Positions 1 through 11,323 of a stretch of DNA of 53,833 bases are shown one piece after another. The stretch comes from a virus (taxonomy: Duplodnaviria > Heunggongvirae > Uroviricota > Caudoviricetes), in IMG/VR virus record IMGVR_UViG_2740892427_000003; one strand, written 5' to 3'. The number at the start of each line of letters is the position of its first letter. The first letter of the stretch is position 1. The translations under genes and the position numbers were made by a program. The notes below the pieces were generated by a model. That model had not been told where the DNA came from, did no database searches, and was given only the letters and a program-made list of their open reading frames with translations.

Positions 1-546
1 CTACGCACGTCCAACCAGGTGCTTCACACTCCTGTACTTAAGACCATTTTTACCAAGTCCCATATACAGAAAGGTGTTCACCGTCTTCGTGTTTATCCCC
101 ATTTCACGGGCAAGATGGCAGGGCTTTGACTCCCGGTACACGTATCCAAACATCACCACCATCTCGGACATCGTCAGAGGTCGCGCATACGTATTATGTA
201 CCCACTCACCATTCCGGATTTTCCTGTACGTCTCCAGGCGCCCCGTAACATCTTCCGCATCAATCTGAAGATAACGGCGTCCCTGAAACATGCAGCACAT
301 CAGCCTGCCAAGGAGGGCATCACAGATTATCACCCATGACTCATCATGTGCCGGTACACTCTTCCTGTTCTCTGGTGTAAAAAACTCCCTCGCCAGTATT
401 ATCCTGTACCCCTCAAGCATCTGCTGCAGGCCATACTCCAGATAACGGTTGCGGGTCGCCAGAATCACTTTCATCGCTGTCACCTGTTTCATGCTCACAT
501 GAGAAAAAACGGCAGGCAAAACTCCACGCCTGCCGTCATGCTTCAT
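1..546 (-). CDS. LuxR/GerE-family HTH transcriptional regulator (GadE-like architecture); start codon uncertain
   Basis: C-terminal 55 aa (LTMSEMVVMFGYVYRESKPCHLAREMGINTKTVNTFLYMGLGK) fits the LuxR-type HTH pattern; N-terminal part looks like a degenerate receiver-like domain. ATG at 546; stop at window position 1-3. Confidence 0.45.
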   Translation of the reverse strand: MKHDGRRGVLPAVFSHVSMKQVTAMKVILATRNRYLEYGLQQMLEGYRIILAREFFTPENRKSVPAHDESWVIICDALLGRLMCCMFQGRRYLQIDAEDVTGRLETYRKIRNGEWVHNTYARPLTMSEMVVMFGYVYRESKPCHLAREMGINTKTVNTFLYMGLGKNGLKYRSVKHLVGRA

Positions 547-560
547 GTCACTGTCAGCAA

Positions 561-1805
561 TTAAAACTCAAAGTTCACACCTACGTTGTAGGACACATCG
601 CCATCACTCGCTGCCACACCTGCTTTCGCTGCTGTCTGCTCATTGAAACGGTAACCAACACCCACGGCAACAGCCTGTTTATCACTGTACCCCCCCAGGG
701 CAGCAGTGGCGTTGAATTTCCCCACACTGTACGGCTGGAAAAGCCCCGCCAGCGCTGCACTCTGTGCTGCTGCACGCTTCATCTCTTCGTGATTCTCACG
801 AATTTGACGCTGCTGGCTGTTCAGGCGTGCATTATGTTCCTGCAACTGGCGAGTATTGGACTGAATAGCCTGTGTATTTTTAGTAACCCGGCGGTCAACG
901 CTACCAACTGCAGCATCAATACGGTCTGTTCTGCCGGACAGAGCAACGAGACCGTCATTAACAGCAATCGTTTTTGTAGCGCCATCAGCGCTGGTCAGGG
1001 TTCCGTCCGCATTCACACCAACGGTGGTTCGGGAATCAATTTTATTCGTATTCGCAGCCGTTGCTGCATCAATGATATCTGTGCGGGATGAAAGCTCAGA
1101 CAGTCCTTTCTTCTGGATCGCCAGCCCTTCTTTCTGTTCTTCCACATCTTTCGCTATAGTGACAACGCCGTCATTGATACGTAACGGCGTTACAATATCT
1201 GTCTCATTCAGAGTTAGCTTACCGTTTTTATCTAGGCCAATTGCGCTATTTGCAGCCTCTGTAGCCAGATAAGTCTGCAAAGACACGCGTTCTTTAATAC
1301 TCTCTGCACTAGTTGCCACTCGCCCATATTCATCCAGACCAACATTAGTTTCCATTTCAGAGATCGCAGCAATTCTGCCAAAAAGATTCCGAATATCAGC
1401 ATCAGATACAAGGTCTGTTTGAGTACCCTCTTTCTTTCCAAGAGTGTTTTCTTTATCCTGCTTGACCAGTGAATTCATTAGGTTATGAAACTCCCGGTCA
1501 TACACACGATATGTACTAGTGCCATCCTTGGTAGTAACTTCTACAGTCCCATCTTTATTAATTTTTGATAATCCTTGTACAATATCTCCATCTTTAATCC
1601 CCTCAACACCGCTAGGTACTTTTTTCCATTTAACATAAGCGGTATCAGAATCACTATTATAAACAATGGTGTAAGTACTTCCGTGTTTACCTAACACATC
1701 CAAGGCGCTGTAGCTATATTCATTTGCACGTGTAAAAGAACTAACACTCAACAGACCTACAACCAGAGAAGATGACAGAAGTGTCTTTGTGATTTTTTTA
1801 CTCAT
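561..1805 (-). CDS. YadA-like trimeric autotransporter adhesin, Eib-family candidate
   Basis: Signal peptide ([24 protein letters not shown]), coiled-coil-rich passenger, and C-terminal anchor ending GVGYRF...YNVGVNFEF typical of the YadA-like membrane anchor. AGGA Shine-Dalgarno 8 nt upstream of the ATG. Confidence 0.6.
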   Translation of the reverse strand: MSKKITKTLLSSSLVVGLLSVSSFTRANEYSYSALDVLGKHGSTYTIVYNSDSDTAYVKWKKVPSGVEGIKDGDIVQGLSKINKDGTVEVTTKDGTSTYRVYDREFHNLMNSLVKQDKENTLGKKEGTQTDLVSDADIRNLFGRIAAISEMETNVGLDEYGRVATSAESIKERVSLQTYLATEAANSAIGLDKNGKLTLNETDIVTPLRINDGVVTIAKDVEEQKEGLAIQKKGLSELSSRTDIIDAATAANTNKIDSRTTVGVNADGTLTSADGATKTIAVNDGLVALSGRTDRIDAAVGSVDRRVTKNTQAIQSNTRQLQEHNARLNSQQRQIRENHEEMKRAAAQSAALAGLFQPYSVGKFNATAALGGYSDKQAVAVGVGYRFNEQTAAKAGVAASDGDVSYNVGVNFEF

Positions 1806-2210
1806 TATGGATATCCTGTTAAATTATCTGTATACAAATCAGCCTCAACACCTCATACTCATAAAGAAATATGATTAATTACGGCTTCATTCAGGATATT
1901 CCAAAAATAAATCCAAAAATTAATTTAATAATTTAGGATTTATCTTACATTATTCTTGGTGTAGTCACTCAGAACCACGACTACACCACCGGAACAGGCA
2001 TCAGAAAAAACTCACTCTCATCCGGCATGCTGTGTCACATCTGCTTACACTGTAATTTATGAGAAAAATCTCAATAGCAGTAAAAAGTAACTGTTCAGTT
2101 AAAGTGTAATATTTACCTAAGTAACTTTTCCTGTGTATTACCGTGAAGGAGCATAATTGGTTATTGGGCGTTCTCCTTCCATAAAAATACGCAGTGTCCT
2201 CCTTTCCAGA

Positions 2211-2882
2211 TTACGGATCACCCCAGCCAACCCTGTATGCCAGTATCTCATCCGCACTGGTCAGCTTTTCCAGCTCTTTCTTCATGGTGCGCTGCCGGAC
2301 GTGGATTTCCATCCCTTTGGTGAACATCGCCTGCTCTGCCGCTTCACTCAGCGCTATAAGCTCTTCTGCTGTCACTTCCACATCATTGTTTTCCGCATCC
2401 GTCCAGAAAAACGCCTCCGGCAGTTTCCCCGCTTTCGCTGCCGCCACCGACGGCTCAAGACGCGTCTGCGTTGACTTCCCGTAGTCCCATTTACGCCCAT
2501 TGTGCTCAAACGTGTAGTTCGCCGCTTCCATCGCATTACGCCAGGCGTTAATTTCATCGCCCTTCATCCCTCGCGCTTTCTCCGCGGTCAGCAGGTCCGT
2601 GATTTTCTCCCCGTCAAAACCCCAGCGCCCCGAGATGTCAGCTTTGCGGTTTTCTTCCGTATCCGCCACCTCCACCACACTCTGGCCCACTGGCCACAGA
2701 ACTGACGCCACCCTGCTGATGCCGGTAATGACTCCGGCACTGTTATAAACCACCTTCAGCGTCTCTGCTGAAAATAACGACTGACACTCATACCAGTCCT
2801 GACCATCCTCTGATTTCAGGTACATCGCACCCGGCACATCCGGATTTTCCGGCGTGTATTGTCTGAAATTCTTTATGTGCAT
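2211..2882 (-). CDS. tfa: tail fiber assembly protein
   Basis: 223-aa ORF directly downstream of the tail fiber gene, with Tfa-like sequence pattern; ATG confirmed at 2880-2882. Confidence 0.8.
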   Translation of the reverse strand: MHIKNFRQYTPENPDVPGAMYLKSEDGQDWYECQSLFSAETLKVVYNSAGVITGISRVASVLWPVGQSVVEVADTEENRKADISGRWGFDGEKITDLLTAEKARGMKGDEINAWRNAMEAANYTFEHNGRKWDYGKSTQTRLEPSVAAAKAGKLPEAFFWTDAENNDVEVTAEELIALSEAAEQAMFTKGMEIHVRQRTMKKELEKLTSADEILAYRVGWGDP

Positions 2883-2923
2883 CTGTAAGTCCTCCCGGTT
2901 ACATGTCTGAAAGATGATGCGCT

Positions 2924-4651
2924 TTATAATGGAAAATACTCAAACCCCGAAGCTCCTGACGACACATACTCACCCACGCTGACTGTACGCCACTGAGAAC
3001 CATCAAATGTCACCTGAAGCGGCCTGTAAGATACCCTGTCAATAAGGGTTTTGTTTCCGTCGTTGTAACCGCCAATCCCCGTAATCATTGCACCAATATC
3101 CAAATCCACTGCCCATGTAGTGCTGTCTGTTTGCGGCGCATAAGTCTGTTTATTACCCAGCCTGATACCCACAACCCGGCTCTTCCCGTCTGATGCCCCG
3201 GGCGGCCCCATCGGCCCGGTTTCTCCACGCTCACCTCTGGGACCGGGGTCGCCTTTCTCCCCTTTCGGTCCCTGCGCTCCCCGCGGACCAGCGGGGCCTG
3301 TTGCTCCCGTTTCACCTTTCGGACCCTGTGCTCCGGGGTCGCCTTTCTCTCCTTTCGGACCGGGAACACCACCTCCTGCTGCAGCCTCTTCTGCCTTTGT
3401 TTTCGCTTCATTTGCCACATCCATTGCCGCCTTCACGGCCTTCGGCGTGGCTGCCTTTGTTTCGTCATTACTGTCAGTATCACTGCTTAACTGCACCACA
3501 CCTTTCTGCGTCGTACTGGCATCCCGCTGGCTGACCGTATCCGGTTTGTTTTTTGTGCTGTAATCCACCCGCCAGTGGAAATACCGTGTGTCGCCGTAAA
3601 CCGTACAGGTACAGACCGTGCCATTAATAAACCCCGTTGCACCGTATTCGCCAATGGTGACCCGGACTATGGCAGCCTCATACGTTCCCATCACCTCAAT
3701 GACACAGCCACCCAGATTGAGTTTTCCCGGTCCGACATCTGTGATGACTTTATTCATTGACGCAAGCAGTGATGCCTTCATCATCCAGTAAGGCTGGTCA
3801 AATGCCCCTTTTTCTTTCAGCCAGGCAACAAACTCGCGTGTTTTCCATTCACCGGCCCCCGTATGAATGTCCCGCCCGTATACTCTGGCTGCTCCCACGG
3901 TGTTCAGAAACTTCACCTTATCCGGGATATCATCACCGTTTTTCGCTTTCTCCAGGCATCCGTCCGCTTTGTCCATTGCCGATTTCACCGCTTTCGGGGT
4001 GGCTGCCTTCGTTTCGTCATCACTGTTCGTTGTGCTGCTTAACTGCACAATTCCCTTCTGTGCCGTCGTCGCATCCGGTCCTCCCGGCTCGCCTTTTTCG
4101 CCCTTCTCTCCCCGTTCACCTTTCACACCCTGAAGCCCCTGTGGTCCTGTCTCACCCCGCTCACCCTTTGGCCCACGCTCGCCGGTATCGCCTTTTGGCC
4201 CGGGAATACCCTGCGGCCCGGTGTCCCCCTTATCCCCCTTCGGTCCCCGCGCATTCTCTGCCCGTTTTTTTGCCTCCTCCGCACTGGCTGCGGACGCTTC
4301 CGCACGTTTCAGGATTTCCGCTGCCACCGCTTCCAGCTCTGCAAGGGCTTTCGGGTAATACTGTGCGTCTTCCAGGTCCATCAGAAATTTATTCAGCGTT
4401 CCCGGTGCAGAATCCGCCTTCACCAGAATGTCACCCACATATGACGGCGCGTACCCTTCCGTGTTCAGCGTCACCCGGTACAACCCCGGCTCAACATCCA
4501 TACTGTAACTGCCGGTTTCCCCCGGCTGACCATACGCCACCGTAGTGACAATCACCGTCTCCGTTGTGCGTCGCGCTTTCAGCTCTATCGTGCATCCCGG
4601 TACCGCTTTTCCCGTACCATCCTTCAGCACACCCGATATTCTGACTGTCAT
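2924..4651 (-). CDS. stf: side tail fiber protein with collagen-like G-X-Y repeats
   Basis: 575 aa with two collagen-like [13 protein letters not shown] tracts and a duplicated KAATPKAVK segment; sits between J and tfa. Confidence 0.8.
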   Translation of the reverse strand: MTVRISGVLKDGTGKAVPGCTIELKARRTTETVIVTTVAYGQPGETGSYSMDVEPGLYRVTLNTEGYAPSYVGDILVKADSAPGTLNKFLMDLEDAQYYPKALAELEAVAAEILKRAEASAASAEEAKKRAENARGPKGDKGDTGPQGIPGPKGDTGERGPKGERGETGPQGLQGVKGERGEKGEKGEPGGPDATTAQKGIVQLSSTTNSDDETKAATPKAVKSAMDKADGCLEKAKNGDDIPDKVKFLNTVGAARVYGRDIHTGAGEWKTREFVAWLKEKGAFDQPYWMMKASLLASMNKVITDVGPGKLNLGGCVIEVMGTYEAAIVRVTIGEYGATGFINGTVCTCTVYGDTRYFHWRVDYSTKNKPDTVSQRDASTTQKGVVQLSSDTDSNDETKAATPKAVKAAMDVANEAKTKAEEAAAGGGVPGPKGEKGDPGAQGPKGETGATGPAGPRGAQGPKGEKGDPGPRGERGETGPMGPPGASDGKSRVVGIRLGNKQTYAPQTDSTTWAVDLDIGAMITGIGGYNDGNKTLIDRVSYRPLQVTFDGSQWRTVSVGEYVSSGASGFEYFPL

Positions 4652-4793
4652 GGATTTCCCCCATAAAAAAACCGCAGTACCGGTTTCCCGGCCTGCGGTA
4701 AAATTTGTGGTTTGTTGGTGTTAAAACGGTGCCATCCGGCTGACCACCCTCAGCAACCGGTCGGCGGGGGATATTCTCCCCCGCCACGGTTTC

Positions 4794-4934
4794 TTACTGC
4801 TTACACTGTAAGAACGCCGCAATCTCCGCGCCCGCTATCCGGAACCGGAACTCGCACAGTGAACTGTGGGTGATCCAGATAATGAGCACTACCGTGATAC
4901 AAATCACGGTGGTTTTTAACGGTTTTTGCGACAT
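4794..4934 (-). CDS. Hok/Gef-family type I toxin-like small membrane protein (46 aa)
   Basis: Not in the ORF track (<60 aa). Translation MSQKPLKTTVICITVVLIIWITHSSLCEFRFRIAGAEIAAFLQCKQ has the Hok pattern (N-terminal TM helix, SLCE, aromatic-basic segment, E-AAF); AAGGAG Shine-Dalgarno 8 nt upstream of ATG. Confidence 0.5.
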   Translation of the reverse strand: MSQKPLKTTVICITVVLIIWITHSSLCEFRFRIAGAEIAAFLQCKQ

Positions 4935-5132
4935 AAACGCTTGCTCCTTTTACGGAGAGGCGCTAACCTTCCACTTGTTGAAGGTAGGAACGTCAGGCCT
5001 CGGGTTAAACATGAATGTTTGTCCGGGGCCTTTTCACATCCGGCCTTCAGGTGCTCCCTCCGGCCATCAGCCAAAGGCACCCGCGCATAATGTACGGTTT
5101 TTGTCTCCTTCCGGCAATCCGGCTCCTCATGA

Positions 5133-8100
5133 TCACGAAATACTGATACCCGCCGTGGACTTCTTCATCACGACAACCAGCAGATCGCTGATACTCGCTG
5201 TCGGGTACCATCCATTCACCAGCCAGGCAGACACAGAAAACTCCAGCGTCATATGCCCCCTTCCTGCAGGCATATCAATCACCCCTGAATACACCTGAGA
5301 CTCAGCCAGCGCCGTCCTTTCAAAAAGCACCCTGCCGTTACATTTCACCATCAGCCGGCATGATGAATAAATATCGTTATGCTCTCTCTCATGTTTAGCG
5401 CCGCTGAAAGCCACTGCCGGGATCACAATTTGCCGGTCAAAAGGCTGATCGTCATAAATCCTGACGGTAATGGTCCCCGATGGCCACCGCTCCGGTGCGC
5501 GGGAGTCCCGCGGGAAAGCCTTCCCCACGGTTTTAACAATATCGCCTTCAATCTGGTTGGCAGACAGTTTTCCAAGTATCCGGCAGTTCTGGTTAATGGT
5601 CACATTATTGAGCGTGCCCGAGTTCGCACTGATATGTCCGCTGATGTCCGCATTGCGGGCCGTCAGCCTGCCCTCCGGCGTCAGGGAGAACGTCGGGGGA
5701 TTGCCGGACGAGGTGATGCTCACTGCAAACAGTCGCTTCAGGAACACATCGTTCATGAACAGCTGATTCCCCTGCGCCACAAACAGCGGCGTGGTGTTGC
5801 CGTTCTCCGGGTTAATCATCGCGATACGGTCCGCCTGCAGCAGAATATTGCTCAGGGGCTGGCCATCAGCATCCTCAATCCCCGCACCAATACCGGCAAC
5901 ATACGGAATGCCGTTTTTCGTTTTCTGCACCTTCAGCATGTACAGCGCAGCCAGGTCGTGATTTGTGCCTGTCTGCACCCGCTGTATCTGCTGTATGGTG
6001 GCACTCTGGTCTTCCAGGGTTTTACTGACCGTCTGCGTGATTTCATTGCGGGTTTCGGTGATGGTGGTCTTCATCTCCGCCATCTCATCATCAAGCTGGC
6101 TGTTATCAATCAGCTCCCACATCCCCTGTGCCAGATGCAGTTTTCCTATCTTTTCCCGAAACAGCCCCAGATACCCTTCTGCATCATTGCTGGCCCGGCC
6201 ACTGGCTTCCACAAACGCAGATTTCCCCACCAGGTTGACGCTGCGCACATAAAACCAGAAATCCTTCCCCGGCTTAATGTGCGGGCCGGAGACACTCCAC
6301 TGGCTGCCTGTCCCCAGATAACGGGCAGAGGTTTCCACCTGAGATGTGTCTGCGATTTTTGCCTCCGAAAACCAGAATTCAAATTGTACCGTCGGGTCAT
6401 ACACCGTAAGATGCGGGACCGCCGTTATCTGATAATACCCCGGCGTCAGTTCAATGCTGGCCGGTGCTGCCGGTGCGTTAATCCGGAACGTGGTGGTGGC
6501 AGGTTCGCCCTGCTGGCCGTAGCTGTTTATCGCCCTGACCGTCAGGGTGTATTCCCCGGGCGGCAGGCCACTGAAACGGTGCTCCGTGTCGGCAGTGATA
6601 GCGCTGGTCACCAGGCGGCTGCTTTCACCACTGCCACTGGTCAGGCGCAGACTGAAGCGCACGCCCTTCACCACCCGCGGCGTGTCCCATTTCGCCAGCG
6701 CCAGATACTGGCCGTCTGAGGCACTCACCTCCACCGTGAGGTGCTGCACAGCCGGCGGGATGACGCTGTTCAGTGAACCGGAGAGCGGCTCAAAGGTGGC
6801 CCCGTTATCCACGATGGCTTCTTTTTCCGGCACATGCTGCACCGCCGTGATGGCAAAGGTGCCGTCCGTGTTTTCCCGGATGGAAACACAGCGGAACAGG
6901 CGACGACGCAGTGACGGCAGGGAGAGTCCCCACACACCGTATGTCTCCACGCCATCCGGCAGGACGCTGACCTGTATCCGGTCCGGGGCGGGGTGTGCGG
7001 TGATGTCCACGCGCACCGGCTTACCGCTGCCGTTAATCAGGTTCACCGTCGATGTCCCTGTCTCCGGCAGGGTCACCTCACGGTCCAGCGTCAGGGTACG
7101 GCTGGCGGCATCCATGGACAGGATACGTCCGCCGGTCAGGGTCCCGGCGTAGTCGTTATCACAGATTTCAATGATGTCACCGGGCGTGTGCCGCAGCCCC
7201 TGTGACCCGAGCATGAAATCCACCGTCTGCGTTTCCAGCAGTTCTGTCTTTATCACCCACAGTCCGGCACGGTGGGCCTGACCGCGGCTGGTACAGCCAA
7301 ACGCATCCATCTTCAGCAGATTGCGCCCGTAGCGCAGGATGGCGTCCGGGTCTTCCACCAGTTCAGTGGAAGTCTGCCAGCCGTTCTGCGGGTCGGTGTA
7401 ATTCACCTCCACCGCAGTGTGCCGGTCCTTCAGGGCACTGAAGCTGTAGCGGAACCCCACGCCGTTATCATCCACCACCACATCGCTGTTGGTGTACGGC
7501 CACACCACATCCGACGGACGGTCCTGAACGAACGTCAGCGTCTGGCCGTTCCATACCGGCATACAGCGCATCGCCGAGCAGAAATCCCCCAGAACATCCC
7601 AGACCTTACGCTGCTGTGACAGGTACGCATTGAAAGTCATCCGCGGCTCTGTGCCCCCGAAACCATCCGGGACCGTCTGGTCGCAGTACTGCCCGATGGC
7701 ATACAGTGCCCACTTGTCCACATCCGCGGCCCCCAGGCGTTTTCCCATGCCGTAGCGCGGGTGGGTCAGCATGTCCCACAGGCACCAGGCCGGGTTATTG
7801 CTGTATGCCGGTTTCAGACTGCCGTCCCAGATACCGCTGTAGGTGCGTTTTTCCGGGTCATAGTTTGACGGCACCTGAATGATGCGACCACGGATATGGT
7901 AGTTCACCGTCAGCTGCTGGCCACCAAACTGCTCCGCATCCACCTGCAGCCCCACAATCGCCGTGTTCGGGTAGCACTGTTTCACATCGATGATTTCGGT
8001 GTATGACGACCACAGCGTTCTGTTCTGCAGCTGGTCCGTGGTGCTGTCCGCCGTCTCCCTGACCATCCGGATGTTAAAGGGGCGCTCAGGGAGATTATTC

Positions 8101-8606
8101 AGAATCACCGACATCAGGTACTGCGAGGTGGTTTTGCCGTTAATGGTGATATCCTTCTCCGTCACCCAGTGCCCGTTACGCTCAAGCTGAATCAGCAGCC
8201 GGACAGAAGAGGGATTACGGTCACCCTTTGAGGTGGTCTCCACCAGTGACTGCACCCCGAAGGTGACCCGCAGACGGTCAATGTTCGCTGACGTGATGGT
8301 GCGCGTCACCGGCTTTGCCTTCGTCACCTCCACGCCCAGTGCGGTTTCTGCCCCGGAGGACTCAAAGCCTTCCGGCGGTGTCTGCTCCTGCTCCCCGGCA
8401 CGCCAGACGGCGGTCACACCGTGTATCACGGGATTACCGTCCGTGTCCGTCAGCGGGGTTTTGTTCACCAGAATACTCTGCAGTCCCTTCACCGGGCCTT
8501 CCACCGGTCCCTCACCGATGGCATCAATCACGCTCATCATCTGCGTGGATTTGAGATTGTCCTTCGCCTCACGCGGTGTGTGCCCCTTGCCGCCCCCTTT
8601 ACCCAC
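5133..8606 (-). CDS. J: tail tip / host specificity protein J
   Basis: 1157 aa; N-terminus [22 protein letters not shown] and long collinear similarity to lambda J as recalled; GTG start with GGAGAGGGGG Shine-Dalgarno. Confidence 0.95.
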   Translation of the reverse strand: MGKGGGKGHTPREAKDNLKSTQMMSVIDAIGEGPVEGPVKGLQSILVNKTPLTDTDGNPVIHGVTAVWRAGEQEQTPPEGFESSGAETALGVEVTKAKPVTRTITSANIDRLRVTFGVQSLVETTSKGDRNPSSVRLLIQLERNGHWVTEKDITINGKTTSQYLMSVILNNLPERPFNIRMVRETADSTTDQLQNRTLWSSYTEIIDVKQCYPNTAIVGLQVDAEQFGGQQLTVNYHIRGRIIQVPSNYDPEKRTYSGIWDGSLKPAYSNNPAWCLWDMLTHPRYGMGKRLGAADVDKWALYAIGQYCDQTVPDGFGGTEPRMTFNAYLSQQRKVWDVLGDFCSAMRCMPVWNGQTLTFVQDRPSDVVWPYTNSDVVVDDNGVGFRYSFSALKDRHTAVEVNYTDPQNGWQTSTELVEDPDAILRYGRNLLKMDAFGCTSRGQAHRAGLWVIKTELLETQTVDFMLGSQGLRHTPGDIIEICDNDYAGTLTGGRILSMDAASRTLTLDREVTLPETGTSTVNLINGSGKPVRVDITAHPAPDRIQVSVLPDGVETYGVWGLSLPSLRRRLFRCVSIRENTDGTFAITAVQHVPEKEAIVDNGATFEPLSGSLNSVIPPAVQHLTVEVSASDGQYLALAKWDTPRVVKGVRFSLRLTSGSGESSRLVTSAITADTEHRFSGLPPGEYTLTVRAINSYGQQGEPATTTFRINAPAAPASIELTPGYYQITAVPHLTVYDPTVQFEFWFSEAKIADTSQVETSARYLGTGSQWSVSGPHIKPGKDFWFYVRSVNLVGKSAFVEASGRASNDAEGYLGLFREKIGKLHLAQGMWELIDNSQLDDEMAEMKTTITETRNEITQTVSKTLEDQSATIQQIQRVQTGTNHDLAALYMLKVQKTKNGIPYVAGIGAGIEDADGQPLSNILLQADRIAMINPENGNTTPLFVAQGNQLFMNDVFLKRLFAVSITSSGNPPTFSLTPEGRLTARNADISGHISANSGTLNNVTINQNCRILGKLSANQIEGDIVKTVGKAFPRDSRAPERWPSGTITVRIYDDQPFDRQIVIPAVAFSGAKHEREHNDIYSSCRLMVKCNGRVLFERTALAESQVYSGVIDMPAGRGHMTLEFSVSAWLVNGWYPTASISDLLVVVMKKSTAGISIS

Positions 8607-8745
8607 TCTGTCCCCCTCTCCTGTCTGATGTCTGAATCTGTTTATGCCAGAAAACGACAGGCACCCCGGAGGGTGCCTGTGTCATGACGGAATAAAATTT
8701 CTGAAATTCTTCACATTTCCGGCAATTGCCTGTAGCCACTATAAT

Positions 8746-8854
8746 GACGCAGCGTTACAGTTTTTTTGCTCAATAAAAGCAATAATTATCAGACCTCCTT
8801 AAGGTGACTATTCGTCTCCCGTCAGTATCCGGCGATATTACGGGAGATTTTTTT
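8746..8854 (+). ncRNA. candidate sRNA, repeat unit 1 of 3 (ends in intrinsic terminator)
   Basis: TATAAT hexamer at 8740-8745; stem tctcccg/cgggaga at 8815-8847 followed by T7 at 8848-8854; no ORF. 5' end not defined. Confidence 0.35.
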
Positions 8855-8989
8855 GCTTCAGCCACACCACAACATCCTGCTCATTTACGCCACTGGTACC
8901 CTGGCGGTCATCCGTTCTGTAAACCTGCGACAGAAAAAGTCTGAATTTCTTCACATTTTCTGTACGTTCCCGTGGCAGATATCATTCCG

Positions 8990-9088
8990 GGGCGTTACAG
9001 TTTTTTCGGGTCAATAAAAACAAAACTCCTTGAACGTTAATCTTCATCGGTTCTGTCCCGCAGTCTCCGGACTCTGCGGGATTTTTTT
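8990..9088 (+). ncRNA. candidate sRNA, repeat unit 2 of 3 (ends in intrinsic terminator)
   Basis: Conserved core gcgttacagtttttt...aactccttgaacgttaatcttcatcg; stem cccgcag/ctgcggg at 9057-9080 followed by T7 at 9082-9088. Confidence 0.35.
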
Positions 9089-9181
9089 ATCCCGTCACTG
9101 GCCAGCCCGGGCATCACCACAACGGAATAAAAATTCTGAGTTTATTCACACTTCCGGCAATTGCCTGTAGCCGCAATAATG

Positions 9182-9279
9182 ACGCTGCGTTACTGTTCTT
9201 CTGCCCAAAAAAATAACTCCATAACGTTAATCTTCATCGTTATTTCCCGCAGCTCCGCTAACTCTGCGGGATTTTTTTT
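9182..9279 (+). ncRNA. candidate sRNA, repeat unit 3 of 3 (ends in intrinsic terminator)
   Basis: Shares the 5' block with unit 1 (AATAAT at 9175-9180) and the 3' core with unit 2; stem cccgcag/ctgcggg at 9246-9270 followed by T8 at 9272-9279. Confidence 0.35.
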
Positions 9280-9283
9280 ATTT

Positions 9284-9964
9284 TTATCCCCGCCCGATAA
9301 CCACCACTTTCCCGTCTCCGCCCTCATCACGGGTGCTGATATCCTGGGATATCCGTCGTGAACCAACCAGCATTTCACCGTAAGGCACCGGCATCGGGTT
9401 ACCCTGGGCAATCATGTTGTCCAGTGACGAAAAATACGTGTTCTGTTTACCGTTATCCGTACTTTTATACTCCGGCGTCTTTGCCTTCGGGGCCAGCATC
9501 TGAGCCACACCACCCAGTATCATGCTGGCACCCAGTGAGAACAGCATCGTGGTGGCAGTCAGCCCTCCGGCACTCAGGGCTGCGCCCCATGCCGCCAGTG
9601 TTGCACCACCAGTGAAAAATGACCCGACAATCGCTGCAACCCCCAGCACCACCTGAAAAACACCATTTCCCCCGGCTCCGGCCAGTCGCGGCATAATGTG
9701 GATGACCGCTCCCTCACCCAGTTGTTCGTGAAGACGGGCGTACACCGCCTCCGGTGCGGTATCCTCACCGGCAATACGTATCTGATACCAGCCTTCGTTC
9801 ATCTGACAGCGGAATCCCGGCACCTGCAGCGACAGGGCACGGATGGCCTCCGCTGCCGTGTTCACATACAGGCTGATGCGGCGACCAAATCGTTGTAAAT
9901 CCCCGTGAAGGCAGATGCGGACCAGTGGCGGTGACGCCAGACAGAATGCGTTCGTCGTTGCCAT
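9284..9964 (-). CDS. I: tail assembly protein I
   Basis: 226 aa; RICLHGDLQRFGRRI and C-terminal NGKQNTYFSSLDNM motifs as in lambda I. Confidence 0.9.
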   Translation of the reverse strand: MATTNAFCLASPPLVRICLHGDLQRFGRRISLYVNTAAEAIRALSLQVPGFRCQMNEGWYQIRIAGEDTAPEAVYARLHEQLGEGAVIHIMPRLAGAGGNGVFQVVLGVAAIVGSFFTGGATLAAWGAALSAGGLTATTMLFSLGASMILGGVAQMLAPKAKTPEYKSTDNGKQNTYFSSLDNMIAQGNPMPVPYGEMLVGSRRISQDISTRDEGGDGKVVVIGRG

Positions 9965-10605
9965 TTTTCAGAATACCTCTCCCGTTTACTCAGTTGTTCA
10001 GGTATATGGTGAAGCAGTTCACCGTTGCCACAGTAAATGGCGGCATGATTCGGCACCGATGAACCAAAGCAGCACAGCAGGATATCGCCCGCCTGTGCAC
10101 AGGACGGAGACACCCGGTAAAAGCCGTTGTCTGCCAGGTTGTCCAGGTACAGGTTCTGACCGTTGCGCCACCAGTCATCCTCACGCACAAAATCCGGCAG
10201 CGTTATCCCCGCCAGATGGTATGCATCCCGGAACAGGGTGTAACAGTCCGTCACACCGTGTTCAAAGCGCCGTCCGGTCAGGTGCGGCACACAGCGGAAC
10301 CGGTGAATTTCACCCCGGCAGACCAGCCACCAGGGCAGGGCACTCTTTATCTGCAGCCGCCGGTCCGCCTCGCTCAGCCAGGGCAGACCACCGGGATGAC
10401 TGTGGACCAGCGCCACAATCTCCCCCTGCATCTGTGCCTGCAGCCAGTCTTCCGGTGTAATACGAAAATACGCCTCCGGCTCTGCGGAGATATTCACGCA
10501 GGGCTGGTACCGTTCGCCCTCCGGGGTGCTTATCACGAAGCCGCACGACTCCGCTGGCGCACACCGCCGGGCATGCACCAGAATCGCTGATTCAGTCTGT
10601 GTCAT
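9862..10605 (-). CDS. K: tail assembly protein K
   Basis: ORF-track entry 9862..10866 trimmed to the ATG at 10603-10605 (MTQTESAILVHARRCAPAESCGF...); lambda K-like throughout. Confidence 0.85.
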   Translation of the reverse strand: MTQTESAILVHARRCAPAESCGFVISTPEGERYQPCVNISAEPEAYFRITPEDWLQAQMQGEIVALVHSHPGGLPWLSEADRRLQIKSALPWWLVCRGEIHRFRCVPHLTGRRFEHGVTDCYTLFRDAYHLAGITLPDFVREDDWWRNGQNLYLDNLADNGFYRVSPSCAQAGDILLCCFGSSVPNHAAIYCGNGELLHHIPEQLSKRERYSEKWQRRTHSVWRHRHWSASAFTGIYNDLVAASACM

Positions 10606-10615
10606 AAACCGGGAT

Positions 10616-11314
10616 TTACTGCGAAAGTTTATTGATGGAAAGGAAACCGCCAAAATTGACCGCCATGCCGCGCATCTCACACCCGCGCATGCATTTACTG
10701 CATCTGTCCTTCCGGATATCCGTGGTGGGGTTGTCGAACTCATCCGCCACTGCCGGACCGTTATACCCGCACTCATCGCCCCGGTAATCCCACATACAAG
10801 TGTTCGCCAGCATGATGCGACCGGGAAACAGCGCCCCGTCCGTCTCCGTCGGTGTCGCCAGCACAAACGAGGCCGTCATGGCCGTCAGCGATGACATCTG
10901 CTCCACCACCCACCGGTCCGTCAGCTCCTGCTCCGGGTCTGCCTCAGGATTGCCTGCCACAAAATTCACCGCATCCAGAAAACGCGCATACACCCGGCGA
11001 CGGACCACCGTGGCACCCACCAGGCTCTGCAAATCCTCCGCCATCCCGGTGACAAGGCCGAAAAGATTGGAGACCGTCAGCGACGGGCGGGCACTGCTGC
11101 CCTTTCCGTTCATCTCAAAGCCGCTGCCCTCAATCGGGTACGCCTGATATTCACGCCCCTGCCAGGTCACCGGCTCCCCTTTTTCATTCAGCTCATTGCA
11201 GAAAAAATACCGCTCACCGCCCTGCACCGTCAGGTCGATTTCCCAGAGCACCACCCGCGGTGACTGCTCTGACTTAACCGACTCGTTCAGGCTTTCTTCG
11301 TGAATATCCTGCAT
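10616..11314 (-). CDS. L: minor tail protein L
   Basis: Start trimmed to MQDIHEESLNE (ATG at 11312-11314), because the longer ORF-track N-terminus would translate through a terminator hairpin; lambda L-like (FFCNE, ANTCMWDYRGDECGY). Confidence 0.9.
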   Translation of the reverse strand: MQDIHEESLNESVKSEQSPRVVLWEIDLTVQGGERYFFCNELNEKGEPVTWQGREYQAYPIEGSGFEMNGKGSSARPSLTVSNLFGLVTGMAEDLQSLVGATVVRRRVYARFLDAVNFVAGNPEADPEQELTDRWVVEQMSSLTAMTASFVLATPTETDGALFPGRIMLANTCMWDYRGDECGYNGPAVADEFDNPTTDIRKDRCSKCMRGCEMRGMAVNFGGFLSINKLSQ

Positions 11315-11323
11315 ATATCCGCC

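Noticed and set aside
3757-4545. 262-aa Pro-rich + strand ORF
   Set aside because: It is antisense to the collagen-like G-X-Y tracts of the tail fibre gene, which mirror into Pro-rich frames.
5379-6719. 446-aa + strand ORF
   Set aside because: It lies entirely antisense within J, which has strong lambda J similarity; the translation is Arg/Pro-rich and low-complexity.
10606-10866. N-terminal extension of the K ORF (ORF-track start at 10866)
   Set aside because: The homologous start MTQTESAIL is at 10605; the extension overlaps the L coding sequence.
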